A DNA stretch of 64,000 nucleotides from Euprymna scolopes (Eukaryota). Under the pieces are notes generated by a model, which saw only the letters and a list, made by a program, of their open reading frames with translations, was not told the origin of the DNA and searched no databases. Where the stretch lies: assembly GCA_053919585.1 (NCBI GenBank), contig CM132819.1; one strand, given 5' to 3'. Shown piece after piece: positions 63,667 through 64,000 of the stretch (position 1 is the first letter of the stretch; each line of letters begins with the position of its first letter). The position numbers were made by a program, and so were the translations under genes.

Positions 63667-63893
63667 TGCGCGAATTCTGTGGTTGCTTCTTGTTTTTATA
63701 TATGTTGAGGATTTCTAGTTAGCCAATCAGCTTTCTAGTATCCACCTCGCCCCTTCCTATCAGCCAATGGGCATGCATTTTATCAAACAAAGGATCTGTT
63801 TTAGAACTAGGTTAGTGCTTTTAGGTAGACGTTCTCTTTTTTTCCTTTTTTTTACATATAAATATACCTATGTGTACACACATACATGCACAT

Positions 63894-63946
<53 letters not shown>

Positions 63947-64000
63947 TAAAATGACCAACAAAATACGTTTCAAAACATGATATACAGAATGTAAAAATGC

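Overview
This is AT-rich eukaryotic (invertebrate, probably protostome) genomic DNA with two assembly gaps. The only supportable host gene is an Eph receptor tyrosine kinase on the minus strand. Seven short exons (54339-54494, 37686-37866, 36529-36653, 23285-23496, 11395-11467, 6480-6591, 5246-5313) join in frame across GT-AG junctions. They encode the Cys-rich/EGF-like module, two FN3 domains, the transmembrane helix and the start of the juxtamembrane region. The ligand-binding and kinase exons were not found and presumably lie outside the window. The introns hold (TA)n microsatellites, purine-rich minisatellites and decayed LINE (RTE, CR1-group, RLE-type), Tc1/mariner, hAT-MITE and Helitron remnants. 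The most striking hidden signal is a dense set of short elements carrying type I hammerhead ribozymes, in at least four sequence families. Some have tRNA-like Pol III heads and sit as tandem dimers (261-nt and 333-nt periods, retrozyme-like). One is an inverted ribozyme pair enclosing a 136-bp segment also found next to an Eph exon. Also present are a 5S-derived element, a U2 snRNA 5' fragment with a fold-back, an interleaved A-B-A'-B' inverted duplication and a candidate 15-nt Eph microexon. All alignments and folds were done by eye.
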